A DNA stretch of 64,000 nt from Sulfurovum sp. (GTDB lineage: Bacteria > Campylobacterota > Campylobacteria > Campylobacterales > Sulfurovaceae). Each line of letters begins with the position of its first letter. The stretch's first letter is position 1. Below the pieces are notes generated by a model. That model was not told where the DNA came from. It saw only the letters and a program-made list of their open reading frames with translations, and searched no databases. The stretch lies in NCBI GenBank assembly GCA_030949325.1, contig JAUZSQ010000081.1, forward strand, positions 227 to 64,226, read 5' to 3'. The translations under genes were made by a program, and so were the position numbers. Shown one piece after another: positions 1 through 11,346 of the stretch.

Positions 1-868
1 CATCACCATTTCTTGCTATTAAAATATCATTTTTTGTAGTTCTTTTTCTATCAGGAAATGTATCAAAATCTGATAATACTGGATTTTTACCTGCTGTGTA
101 TGTTAGTTCGCTTCCTCTATCCCAATAACCAACATCTATAACTTCCCCACCTATTGTATAAACTATAAAATCTTTCAATCGTTTAGTTTCAAATTTTATA
201 CCCTTATCAACTCCCCTTGAAACTGTTTCATTTATAAGAGTTTGTTTTAGCTCTTTGTATTTTAAAGATTTTTCTTCAAGTAGTTTTATCTCTTTATCTA
301 TCTTTTGTGTTTGAGTGTCTAGGTAGTTTGCTATTTTTGTTTGGGTTTTTAGGGGTGGTAAGGAAATAAAAAGATTTCTGACAATATCTTTGTTTAAATT
401 TGGAATAGTTGCCATATTTCCTATTTGTCTAATATGTGTTTTTCTTCCTATAAACCACCAAAATATAAATTTACTATTAGATTTAGTAAATTTATACATA
501 ATCCCAGCATTTTGATTTGTTGCTACTTTAATATTCAATAAAGCAACACTACCTCTAGTTTGACCTTGTCCGTACATTCCTATTGCTAATGAATTAATTG
601 GATAAATCTTTAATGAATAATCATCTTTTGCTAATTGAGTAACTTTATATTTTGTATTATTAACAATAGTGTTTTTAATATCAGTAGTATTTAACCAAGG
701 GATAATACCATCATCATAGTATTTCATATTTGTACTTAAGGGTGTTGAACCACTTCCAAAATATCTAAATGTGTCCTTAACCCTTTTAACTCCCCACTCA
801 CTAGGAATCTTCCCCAACCACTCTAAACCACTCTCTTTATAACTCTCATATTTTTTGAATCTATTCAT
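1..868 (-). CDS. hsdS: Type I R-M specificity subunit HsdS (5' part; runs off window start; not in ORF track)
   Basis: Manual translation from ATG at 868: MNRFKKYESYKESGLEWLGKIPSEW..GSGSTP..LPPLKTQTKIANYLDTQTQKIDKEI, typical HsdS conserved segments around TRD1; SD AGGAG 8 nt upstream. Confidence 0.9.
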   Translation of the reverse strand, partial: MNRFKKYESYKESGLEWLGKIPSEWGVKRVKDTFRYFGSGSTPLSTNMKYYDDGIIPWLNTTDIKNTIVNNTKYKVTQLAKDDYSLKIYPINSLAIGMYGQGQTRGSVALLNIKVATNQNAGIMYKFTKSNSKFIFWWFIGRKTHIRQIGNMATIPNLNKDIVRNLFISLPPLKTQTKIANYLDTQTQKIDKEIKLLEEKSLKYKELKQTLINETVSRGVDKGIKFETKRLKDFIVYTIGGEVIDVGYWDRGSELTYTAGKNPVLSDFDTFPDRKRTTKNDILIARNGD

Positions 869-1106
869 AAGCTTTACTCCTATGTAATACTCTACCTACT
901 ATTAATACTTCATCTTCTATGTCAAATAAGATTCTATAATTACCAATTCTTTTTCTATAAATAGGCTTATGATTTCTTAGTTTTTTTATATTTGATATAT
1001 CTGGATAATTCTCTAAATCTTTTATAGATAATAAAATATCCCTAATTAAAGATACATCTAATTTAGATATATCTTTTTGAGCTTTTTTTAAAATTTCAAC
1101 TTTCAA
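861..1106 (-). CDS. RelE/ParE-family type II toxin
   Basis: 81 aa basic protein, YRKRIGNYRILFDI..VLHRSKAY RelE/StbE signature; TTG start. Confidence 0.85.
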   Translation of the reverse strand: MKVEILKKAQKDISKLDVSLIRDILLSIKDLENYPDISNIKKLRNHKPIYRKRIGNYRILFDIEDEVLIVGRVLHRSKAYE

Positions 1107-1341
1107 TATGATACTCTTTTAGCATCTCATCAATACTTTTTATACCTATCTTATCTTTTTTTGCTTCTTCAAAAAGATTAATATCATTTAAATCTTCATT
1201 AAGTAATTCTTTTTGATTTGTAAATTGTTCTATTCTTTCTTTTAAAAATTGTTTTACTAAATCTTCTGTTTTAATATGAAGCTCTTTTGATAACTGCATA
1301 AGTTTATTTTCTAAACCCTTATCTTGTAATATTATTGCCAT
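1096..1341 (-). CDS. Putative antitoxin (RelB/DUF6290-like)
   Basis: 81 aa immediately upstream of and overlapping the toxin; acidic C-terminus EDLNDINLFEEAK..SIDEMLKEY. Confidence 0.7.
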   Translation of the reverse strand: MAIILQDKGLENKLMQLSKELHIKTEDLVKQFLKERIEQFTNQKELLNEDLNDINLFEEAKKDKIGIKSIDEMLKEYHIES

Positions 1342-1342
1342 T

Positions 1343-3367
1343 TTAAACCCCTAAACTTTTTTCAAGACTTTTCAACTCAGAATCTATATTTTCTATATCG
1401 CTCAGTATCGATTCTAGTGGTCGTAACTGCTCAGGCTTATAAAATATCTTGTTAAAGTTTATCTCTACACCTATTACATTATCAAGGAGTACAAAAGGTT
1501 TAGTGATATATTTAGCCATAAAATCATCTATATTTTTTTTATTTACCTTTTCATCTTTATCATAAGGGATTATCTCATAATCTTTTTGATAGTCTGGAAC
1601 TAATTCAGCTGTGATAGTTATAGATGCTTCTTTAGTTTTTGTAGCTTTTTTTGCACTTGATTTTATGACTATTTTTCCACAACCTAACTCTTCTTGAATC
1701 TCATCATCTTGCTTCACTATAGTCTCTTTGTCTTCAACATAAAAATAATAAACACTCTCACTAATATAAACTTTTAAATCTTTCTCTTTATAGTCTAGCT
1801 CTTTGATAGTATCTTTTATAGTGTCTAGTTGTGATATGTCTGATAGTTGAAATTCTTTTATATTTATCTCATCTTGTACTATTTTTAGTGGTGTTAGTTT
1901 GATAGATTTTTTCTTAGGTTCTAAGATACTCTCAAAAGTTCTATTTTTATAGTCAAGATTTGTAAGCATAAGTGCTTGTTTATTAAAATAAAAAAACTCT
2001 TTATCAAATACTTTTGCATAGTCGTTATCTTCAAAGTCTGTAAGTGTTTTGACTATATCTATACGGCTAAGAGAATCTACCTCTTTTCTTTTTTTACCCT
2101 TGTTTTTCTTCATAGGAGTAAACTTTTCACTAGCATTTATCATCATCACTTTGTTTTTACGATTCTCTTTTTTATCTTTGTTAAGTACCCAAAGATAGGT
2201 AAAGATTCCTGTATTAAAAAACTCATCTGTAGGTAGCTGAATGATAGCTTCTACTATGTCGGTATCGAACATCCATTTTCTTATGTTACTCTCTCCACTC
2301 CCTGCATCTCCACTAAATAGAGTTGAGCCATTGTGTACAACTACACCCATACCCTCTAAACCCATCTTAGATATAAGATGTTGCATAAAGAGTAGTTGCC
2401 CATCACTTACGGCTGGAAGAGAGTGGAATCTCCCTGTTTTATCTTGAACTATATCAGATTTAAAACCTTTCCAATCTACCCCATAAGGTGGATTTGCTAC
2501 AACTACATCAAACTCTTTATCTTGAAACTTTTGGTCAACTAAAGTATTGCCATACTCTATGTAAGCGTTCTTTCTGAATCTACTCTCTATCTTTGCCAAA
2601 GCATATAAAGCATCGTTCCAATCTTGCCCATAGGTAGCTGTGGGTCTGTTTGGATATGTTTGGTTTACTCTATCCTCTACACCATAAAGCATATTTCCAC
2701 CACCACAAGTAGGGTCATATATACTTAAAAAGTTTTCGCTCGTCTTTGTTTTTGAAAGTATAATATCTGATATTAGAGAGATAACATCATCAGGTGTGTA
2801 TTGCTCTCCTGCTGTCTCTGCTGATATATCTGCCCACTTTCTTTTTATATGTTCTTCTAGTGTTGTTATCTCACTATTATTAAATGGTTTTAAATCTATC
2901 TCACTCCACGCTTTTACAAAAGAAAAAAGTATTTTTTTGTTGTTAAGAAGTCCTGCAATACCTGAAATATCAAGATATTTATCTTCTCTTGTGTTTTTAT
3001 CTATCCCTAGTAAATCTTGTGTTTCACCATCAAAACCTTTGAGGTAGTTATCAAAATCTATCTCAAAAGTTTTATCATTTTTACAAATATCGTTTAAAGT
3101 TTTGTTGTGTTCAAACAAGTAAGTGTTATAACCTTTCTCTTGGTCTTTTATCTCATCTATAAAATCTTCAAGAGATAATGTATCTCCACTCTTTCTTAGT
3201 TCCTCTTTTAGTTCATCACCCATTCGTGAAAATCTACTCTCCACCATAATCAATGCAAAAAAAGGCATCATATACTTAGGAAAATCACTCTGCTTAATAC
3301 CTGCACCTATGAGTAAGTCTGCTGTTTGCCATACTTTTGATTCATATTTTAATATGTCTTGTTTCAT
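1343..3367 (-). CDS. hsdM: Type I R-M N6-adenine methyltransferase HsdM
   Basis: Motif I YDPTCGGGNML, motif IV VANPPYG, GEQYTP, VEAIIQLP..FFNTGI. Confidence 0.92.
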   Translation of the reverse strand: MKQDILKYESKVWQTADLLIGAGIKQSDFPKYMMPFFALIMVESRFSRMGDELKEELRKSGDTLSLEDFIDEIKDQEKGYNTYLFEHNKTLNDICKNDKTFEIDFDNYLKGFDGETQDLLGIDKNTREDKYLDISGIAGLLNNKKILFSFVKAWSEIDLKPFNNSEITTLEEHIKRKWADISAETAGEQYTPDDVISLISDIILSKTKTSENFLSIYDPTCGGGNMLYGVEDRVNQTYPNRPTATYGQDWNDALYALAKIESRFRKNAYIEYGNTLVDQKFQDKEFDVVVANPPYGVDWKGFKSDIVQDKTGRFHSLPAVSDGQLLFMQHLISKMGLEGMGVVVHNGSTLFSGDAGSGESNIRKWMFDTDIVEAIIQLPTDEFFNTGIFTYLWVLNKDKKENRKNKVMMINASEKFTPMKKNKGKKRKEVDSLSRIDIVKTLTDFEDNDYAKVFDKEFFYFNKQALMLTNLDYKNRTFESILEPKKKSIKLTPLKIVQDEINIKEFQLSDISQLDTIKDTIKELDYKEKDLKVYISESVYYFYVEDKETIVKQDDEIQEELGCGKIVIKSSAKKATKTKEASITITAELVPDYQKDYEIIPYDKDEKVNKKNIDDFMAKYITKPFVLLDNVIGVEINFNKIFYKPEQLRPLESILSDIENIDSELKSLEKSLGV

Positions 3368-3406
3368 TTTTTATTTCCTATTTATTGGTTATTGGTTTAA
3401 AGTAAA

Positions 3407-4618
3407 CTAAAACTCCCCAACTAATACCGTCTTCTCTTCTCTAGTCTCCAAATTTTTAATCCATATTGTACCATTGGCTAGTTCGTCTTCGCCTCTGAGG
3501 ACTAGGTATTTGGCTTGGGATTTTTCGGCACCTTTGAGGTGGCTTTTGAAACTTTTTTTACTGTATTCATGGGTAACTTTGGTAGATTTTCTTTTTTGGG
3601 TGGCGATGGCAAAGAGTGAATCTAGGGCATCGCTGTCCATCGCTCCTAGGTATATACCCTTACGCTCAGACTCAGGCATGACGACGAGTTCCATGATGCG
3701 TTCTATGCCTAGGGCAAAACCTACAGCAGGTGTGGATTTACCGTCTAAGAATTCGACGAGTGTGTCATAACGTCCCCCTCCTGCGATGGCAGATTGAGCA
3801 CCGATATGATTACTGACAAATTCAAAGGCTGTTTTGTTGTAGTAGTCTAAGCCACGCACGAGGTGGGTATCTATATGATAAGGGATTTTGGCTTTGTCCA
3901 ATAGTGCTGTTAATTGTGTGAAATCACTGGCACATTCTTCACAGAGACAGGGGATGAGTTTGGGTGCATTGACCAACAGAGATTGACAGGTTTTATTTTT
4001 GCAATCAAGTACACGGATAGGGTTGCTGTCTATACGTCTGTTACAATCTTCACAAAGTGCTTCTTTGTCGCTTGTGAGAAAAGTCACAAGCTTTTGTTTG
4101 TAAGGAGGCATACACGCAGTGCATCCCAAAGAGTTGATTTGTAAATCAAATCCTATACCAAGGGCTTCAAAAATTTGGCTTATCATCGTAATGATAGTAA
4201 AATCTTCTGCTACCGAGGCTTCTCCGAAACTCTCACAACCAAACTGATGAAACTCTCTTAATCGCCCTTTTTGGGGTCTTTCATAGCGAAACATAGGACC
4301 ATAATAATAGAACTTTTGTTTACTAGGCTGACGGTCAAGTTTGGCATGGACAAAGGCACGGACGACCCCTGCTGTACCTTCTGGACGCATACAAACATCA
4401 TTGCCTCCTTTGTCCTCAAACTGATACATCTCTTTACTTACAATATCAGAGCTGTCCCCTACAGAACGTTTAAAGAGTGCCGTCTCTTCGAGGATAGGGG
4501 TTTCAATATAGCCATAGCCATAACGTGAGGCAATCTCTACAGCAGTGTTTACGATATGTACAAAGCGTTGGCTGTCATCAAAAGTAAGGTCTTTCATTCC
4601 TCTTAGGGGTTGTATCAT
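3407..4618 (-). CDS. hisS: Histidine--tRNA ligase
   Basis: LRGMKD, RPEGTAG, RYERPQKGRLREFHQ, VRGLDYY, GGGRYD. Confidence 0.97.
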   Translation of the reverse strand: MIQPLRGMKDLTFDDSQRFVHIVNTAVEIASRYGYGYIETPILEETALFKRSVGDSSDIVSKEMYQFEDKGGNDVCMRPEGTAGVVRAFVHAKLDRQPSKQKFYYYGPMFRYERPQKGRLREFHQFGCESFGEASVAEDFTIITMISQIFEALGIGFDLQINSLGCTACMPPYKQKLVTFLTSDKEALCEDCNRRIDSNPIRVLDCKNKTCQSLLVNAPKLIPCLCEECASDFTQLTALLDKAKIPYHIDTHLVRGLDYYNKTAFEFVSNHIGAQSAIAGGGRYDTLVEFLDGKSTPAVGFALGIERIMELVVMPESERKGIYLGAMDSDALDSLFAIATQKRKSTKVTHEYSKKSFKSHLKGAEKSQAKYLVLRGEDELANGTIWIKNLETREEKTVLVGEF

Positions 4619-4634
4619 GGGTGTTCCTTTTAGG

Positions 4635-5222
4635 TTAATTCAGCGATGATAGTGCTAAATAGGTGATAATTTGTTGGTGAATAGTCTCAATAGTATCATT
4701 GGCATCAATCAAAAGATAGGGAATATCAAGTCTGCTTAGGCTCTCTTGCATTTTGTCTTGTACGGTGAGTAGATAGTCTAAGCCACGCAGTTCAATCCCA
4801 TCAAGGGTTTTGGCAGATGTGCGTTGTTTGAGGGTCTCTTCTGTGGTGATAAAGAGGATAATTTTATCGGGAAAGTACGAAGAGAGGGCAAATGTATTGA
4901 GAGAAATAAGGGTATCAAAATCGAAATCTTCATTGGCTAAGGCATAGGCAATACCTGATAAAAATCCTCTATCGGAGAGTACAATTTTATCTTTATTTAC
5001 TGCTAAGACTTCTTGATAATGTTCGGCTCTGTCACACAAAAACAGGAGTAATTCAGCACGTTTAGATGCCAAAGAATCACTCAGAAGTATTTCTCTTGCC
5101 TTTTTGCCAAACTCTGTACCCCCTGGTTCTTTGGTAATGAGTACTTCAGGATAACGTTGTTTTATTAACGCAATTTGGGTGCTTTTACCACAGGTATCAA
5201 TACCTTCAAAAAGTATATACAT
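4635..5222 (-). CDS. tmk: Thymidylate kinase
   Basis: FEGIDTCGKSTQ P-loop, TKEPGGT, SDRG. Confidence 0.95.
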   Translation of the reverse strand: MYILFEGIDTCGKSTQIALIKQRYPEVLITKEPGGTEFGKKAREILLSDSLASKRAELLLFLCDRAEHYQEVLAVNKDKIVLSDRGFLSGIAYALANEDFDFDTLISLNTFALSSYFPDKIILFITTEETLKQRTSAKTLDGIELRGLDYLLTVQDKMQESLSRLDIPYLLIDANDTIETIHQQIITYLALSSLN

Positions 5223-5223
5223 C

Positions 5224-6234
<1,011 letters not shown>

Positions 6235-6271
6235 TTCCTCTTCTCATAGACTATAATTTTGATAGCCAAAA

Positions 6272-7326
6272 TTATAGCATAAGATTTTCAAAAAGTATAG
6301 GTTGCTCAATGCTTAAGTCTATATCTTTGTCAGCAATAGGTATAAGTTTAGGCTTGGGTTTAGGCTTGGGTTTAGGCTTGGGTTTAGGCTTGGCTCTAAA
6401 GGCTTTGATATTTTTGAGGTGTGTTTTATAAGAGCTACTAAAATCATGCTTTCCTTTTTTGTTGAGCATAAAATAGAGATAATCGGTTTTACTTGGTTTG
6501 AGTGCTGATTCTAAGGCTTCGATACTCATGGCACACAAGGGTGCAGGGGGTATGCCTCCATACTTGTAGGTATTATAATAGCTTTTGTCTTGTTTGATAC
6601 GCGTAGAAGTGACGGCTTTATGCGAATATTTACCGTAATTAAGGGTGCCATCCATTTGTAATTTCATCCCCTTATCAAGACGGTTTTGTATGACAGAAGA
6701 GACCAAAGGCATTTCTTTGGGGTCATTGGTTTCTTTTTGGATGATAGAGGCGATAATGAGTAAGAATTTTAATTCTAATTCATTGGGAATGCTATCGCAA
6801 TAGCGTTGAGTAAAAGTGACGAGCTTGATTTTAGACATAGCAAAGAGGGCTTCTATGACAGCTTTTTCATCGGCTTTTCTGGACATAGGATAAAAGCCTG
6901 AAAAAATATCTCCTTCGGTATATTTACTGATTTTTTGGTAATGTGCAAGAAGTTTTTGGGGGTCAAGGTGTAAATCATTGGCTAGACGCTTGGTGATTTC
7001 TATACGATTTTCTCCTGCATAGACTTTGACACGCATCGTTTTGGTGCTAAAATGACGTAGAGTATCAAAAAAGGGAAAACGCTCCGAAGGTAGCGCTTCT
7101 GTCATAGAGTACCACCCTTTCACAGGCATATCCAAAAAATATAAGATAAATTTATCTATCTCATAGACACTATAGCCATGGATTTGGAGTGTATCTATCA
7201 TAGTATCAATATAGAAGAGGGAAGATAAAAGGTATTTTGACCTTTGTTTACAGGGAGGAAATTATAGCCTAGGGGTAGAAGGGCTAGAAGCAGTAAGAAG
7301 ATAAATATTTTAAGTACTTTCTTCAT
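6272..7326 (-). CDS. mltG: Endolytic transglycosylase MltG (frameshift near 7210; true start with TM segment at 7326)
   Basis: IASIIQKE, NRLDKGMKLQMDGT, YNTYKYGGIPPAP, DYLYF; upstream frame MKKVLKIFIFLLLLALLPLG..TFYLPSS. Confidence 0.88.
6346..6393. repeat. Tandem repeat 4 x 12 bp (GTTTAGGCTTGG) encoding the Lys-Pro tail of MltG
   Basis: Four perfect copies read directly. Confidence 0.95.
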
Positions 7327-7387
7327 TTATCCCCATTTATTCAAAATAATGATAAACTAATATAGTTAATTATTACTTTGTCTCTAC

Positions 7388-8367
7388 TTAAAAGAGTGAA
7401 TATTCTTCGCTAATGGTATTGAGTATCTTCTTGTCTGCATTGTAAATAAATGCGTAATTATAATGAATATTTTTGAGTAAATCACGGACTTCCTCTTCAT
7501 TATGGAACCAATGAGGATGGTCAATACGAGGTACTTTGGTCTTTGGTGGTGTGAAAACGACACTTTTTACCCACATGTTACTTCGCATCACATATTCTCT
7601 TGCTTTGGTAATATCTGAAGTATTGTCTGTAAAGATAGCGACTCTATCCGTCTTACTCGCTTGTGTAGAACGTAACTTTGCATCAATAAAAATCGGTAAG
7701 AAATGTTTGGTATATTTGATTCTATCCATTGTAGTAGCTAGGGTATGGACATTACAAAAATGTATGGTACGCAAGAGATATTCTAGGTGAAAAGGAATAA
7801 GATCTTTTTCTTGATAGAGGAATCCTCCTACTTTATAGGTAGATTTGAAGAGTGTATCAGAGACAAGGTAGCCTTCAACTTCTCGTTCTAGGGTAGCAAT
7901 ATCAGGCTTGATGAGTTCCATCAATTCTTTATCTGTACCTACAAAGAGTGAGGCATCGGTATTGAGTATCTGTTCAAAGGCTTTTCTCCAATCATTGGAG
8001 ATAAAAGCCACATTGCCTTTGTGCTTGAGTATCATTTTCAAAAAAGTCAACTCATGTTCAGACAATAGATAAAAAAGGGCTTCTTTTTTGATAATCACAT
8101 AGCGTACAAGCTTAAAGGCTGCCCATTGTATATTGGAGACTTTTATCCATGCGATTTCTAAGTCTTTTTTGATAATACTTTCATCATCATAGATAATGGC
8201 ATAGGCACCATTATCTATAGCATGGTCTATCTCTTCTTGATTTGATGAGATAAAAAGGTCTCCATGGTCAACCTTGGAATAAAATACCGTAGCTGATTCG
8301 ATGGCTTGTACATCAGGAGTATTGACTAACACCCTTCGGTTAGATTAATAATATCTTCTATTTTCAT
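7388..8367 (-). CDS. Conserved Campylobacterota hypothetical protein with Mur-ligase N-terminal-like segment (frameshift near 8333)
   Basis: SKVDHGDLFI..AIDNGAYAIIY; upstream frame MKIEDIINLTEG joins with one extra G; follows metG as in Campylobacter. Confidence 0.6.
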
Positions 8368-8377
8368 AGTGATTCCT

Positions 8378-10319
8378 TTATCTGATAGCTGTGCCAGAAG
8401 TTTTTGGCTTTTCTGGACGTATCATACATAGACCCTCTTCATCTTTGGCAGCTAAAAGCATACCTTCTGATTTGAGTCCCATAAGTTTGGCAGGTTTGAG
8501 GTTGGCAACGACACAGACTTGTGTGTTGAGCATATCTTCTACACTATACCATTCTTTGATTCCTGCGACTACTTGTCTAGGCTGTGCTTCACCCACATCT
8601 ACTTGTAATAATAAAAGCTTTTTACTTTTAGGTACTTCTTCTGCTTGTATAACCGTACCTATTTTGAGAGAGGTTTGGAAAAATTCGTCAATGCCTATGA
8701 GTGCGATACCTTCGGTTTTTTGGGCTTCTTTGGGTTGAGGTTTAGATTCCGTATCTATTGGCTCTATTTGGGGTAATAAAGGTGCTTCGATACGAGGAAA
8801 AAGAGGGTCGATTTTTTCCAAAGTAAAGGGAGCCAGTAAGGCTGTGCCTTTTGCCAAGGTTTGCCAATGTTCTGTATCAATACTAAAGCCTAGTGCTTTG
8901 GATATTTTGGTACAAACCTCAGGCATTACAGGATAGAGCATCACAGAGACTTTGGCAAGAATCGCAGCGATGAGACCGTTGAGTGCCATCGCTTCTTCTT
9001 CTTTGCCTTCTTTCATGAGTGTCCAAGGTTGATATTTGTCTATGGCTCTATTGGCTACTGTGAGAGGTCGCCACAATTCTTCCAAGTAACGGTGAAGTTG
9101 CATTTCAAATAAGAACGGCTCTAGTTTATCTAGTGAAGCATGGACTTCATCTAACTCTGTTTGGTAATACTGTTCTACTAACGTCGAATCAACATAGCCT
9201 TCAAAATATTTACCAGACATACCTATGAGACGATTAAGCAGATTGCCGAGGTCATTACCAAGGTCAGAATTGATTCTATCAATAAGGGCTTTTTGACTAA
9301 AGTCACCATCGCCACCAAAAGGCACTTCTCTGAGCATAAAGTAACGGAAACTATCTAAGCCATAGGCATCGGCTACTTCTTTGGGATTGACGACATTGCC
9401 TTTGGATTTGGACATTTTCTCACCATCGCGTGTCCACCATCCGTGGGCAGCAATATGCTTAGGCAGAGGCAAACCTAGACTCATCAGAAAAGCAGGCCAA
9501 TAGATAGCATGAAAACGTAAAATATCTTTACCAATGAGCTGTGTATGTGCAGGCCAATAGTCCATATTGGCATCATCTGTACCATACCCTAAGGCTGTAA
9601 CATAATTCATAAGGGCATCTAGCCACACATACATCACATGCTTGGGGTCATTCATCTCTTCTGGAAGTTTGACACCCCAATCAAAAGAAGTTCGTGTAAT
9701 AGACAAGTCAGTCAGTCCACCTTCTACAAAGCGTATGACTTCATTGCGTTTGCTTCGTGGCAAGATACAATCTGGATTGTCTTCATACCATGCGAGAAGT
9801 TTATCTTCATATTGTGAGAGTCTAAAGAAATAACTCTCTTCCTCTACTATCGTGGTACTTTTGCCACAATCAGGACAAAACTCATCATCAATAAGTTGAA
9901 TCGCAGGGAAAAAGGTTTCACAAGAGATACAATAATGCCCTTTATAGGTGTCTTTATAAATATCCCCATTGCTGTGCATCGTACTAAAGGCTTTTTGTAC
10001 TCCCAAGATATGTGCTTCATCAGTGGTTCTGATAAATGTATCATAAGAAATATCAAAATCATCCCAAAGTGTCTTAAACGTAGCAGAAATTTCATCTGCA
10101 TAGACTTTGGGGCTTTTGTTACGTGATTTGGCTGCTTCTTCTATCTTCTGTCCATGTTCATCGGTACCTGTAAGAAAAAAGGTATCTAAGCCAGACAGAC
10201 GAGAGTAACGTGCTAGGGTATCCGCAATAATCGTAGTATAGGCATGACCAATATGGGCAATATCATTAACATAGTAAATAGGGGTGGTAATATAGGTTTT
10301 TTTCGCAAGAATGTGGCAT
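8378..10319 (-). CDS. metG: Methionine--tRNA ligase with C-terminal tRNA-binding domain (extra base in 7-mer run 10297-10303)
   Basis: TYITTPIYYVNDIAHIGH (HIGH) upstream of called ORF in same frame; KMSKS; ANLKPAKLMG. Confidence 0.95.
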
Positions 10320-10435
10320 AAAATGTTTCCTTAAACAAATGAGTTTTTTCTATTGTGATATTACCTAAAATCTGCTGTGTCTAGGATAAAATAAGGAAAG
10401 AAAGGTTGAAGTGCCTCTCCTATTTGAACCCTCAC

Positions 10436-11098
10436 TTATGAAACAGTAATAGTGACCGTAGCCACATTAGAAGCACTTCCCTCATCATCTTTGACTTGAT
10501 AGCTAAAGGTATCTGTACCTATAAACGAACCATTGGGCGTATAATCAATCGTTCCTGTAGTGTTGACAACAGCTACACCGTTGGCTGAGTCTGTCACAAT
10601 GGCTACACTGCTACTATCAAGTGTGCCATCACTGTCACTGTCGTTACTGAGTACTATGATATTGACCTTTGTACCACTTGTCGTTGTGGCTGTATCATTG
10701 GAGGCAGTAGGAATAATATTGAGACTACTTGAAGTTTGTATAGTGATGGTCACCGTTGCGATATTAGACACTGTCCCTTTACTGTCTTCGACTTGGTAGG
10801 TAAAGGTTTCTGTACCAATAAAGACGCCATCAGAAGTATAGCTAATAGACCCACTATCATTGACCACAGTAGCCCCTTCGCTCACATCATCTACAATACT
10901 CACCGTACTCACATTGAGGGTCTTGCCTGTACTTGCACTGTCATTGGACAAGACCATGATTTCTACACTGTTTCCAGAGATAAGACTGGCCGTATCATCA
11001 GAAGCCTCAGGGGCTACAATAGGTGCGTTGATGGCAATATCTCCACAACCTAGTAAGAGAAAGAGTGTAATAATAAAAGTAGGTAAATAATGTTTCAT
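10436..11098 (-). CDS. Lipoprotein with two tandem Ig-like (Big_9/cadherin-like) domains
   Basis: Lipobox LLLGC; two repeats P.AS.DTA....VLSND..GT(E/D)TF.YQV.D..G..SN.ATVTIT. Confidence 0.8.
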   Translation of the reverse strand: MKHYLPTFIITLFLLLGCGDIAINAPIVAPEASDDTASLISGNSVEIMVLSNDSASTGKTLNVSTVSIVDDVSEGATVVNDSGSISYTSDGVFIGTETFTYQVEDSKGTVSNIATVTITIQTSSSLNIIPTASNDTATTTSGTKVNIIVLSNDSDSDGTLDSSSVAIVTDSANGVAVVNTTGTIDYTPNGSFIGTDTFSYQVKDDEGSASNVATVTITVS

Positions 11099-11148
11099 AG
11101 AAGTTCCTTATTTTCAATAATTTGATAAAGGTATTTTATCTAAAGTAT

Positions 11149-11346
11149 CTAAAATTCAAAACCACCACCTTGACCTTTGCTCATGCTATCATAGACAGCT
11201 TTGATATAGGCATCACGAATATCACAGTCTAGGAGTTTTTCACATTTGAGACAACTGCTACTGTGTTTGTCTTTTTGACAAGATTCGAGTGCTTGTCTTT
11301 TTTGTCCTAAGACAAGTTGCCATTCATCCAAAATAATATCGGACAT
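11149..11346 (-). CDS. Conserved small Cys-rich hypothetical protein
   Basis: CQ..SCLKC..LLDC..AVYDSMSKGQGGGFEF; lies after fbp as in other Campylobacterota. Confidence 0.7.
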   Translation of the reverse strand: MSDIILDEWQLVLGQKRQALESCQKDKHSSSCLKCEKLLDCDIRDAYIKAVYDSMSKGQGGGFEF

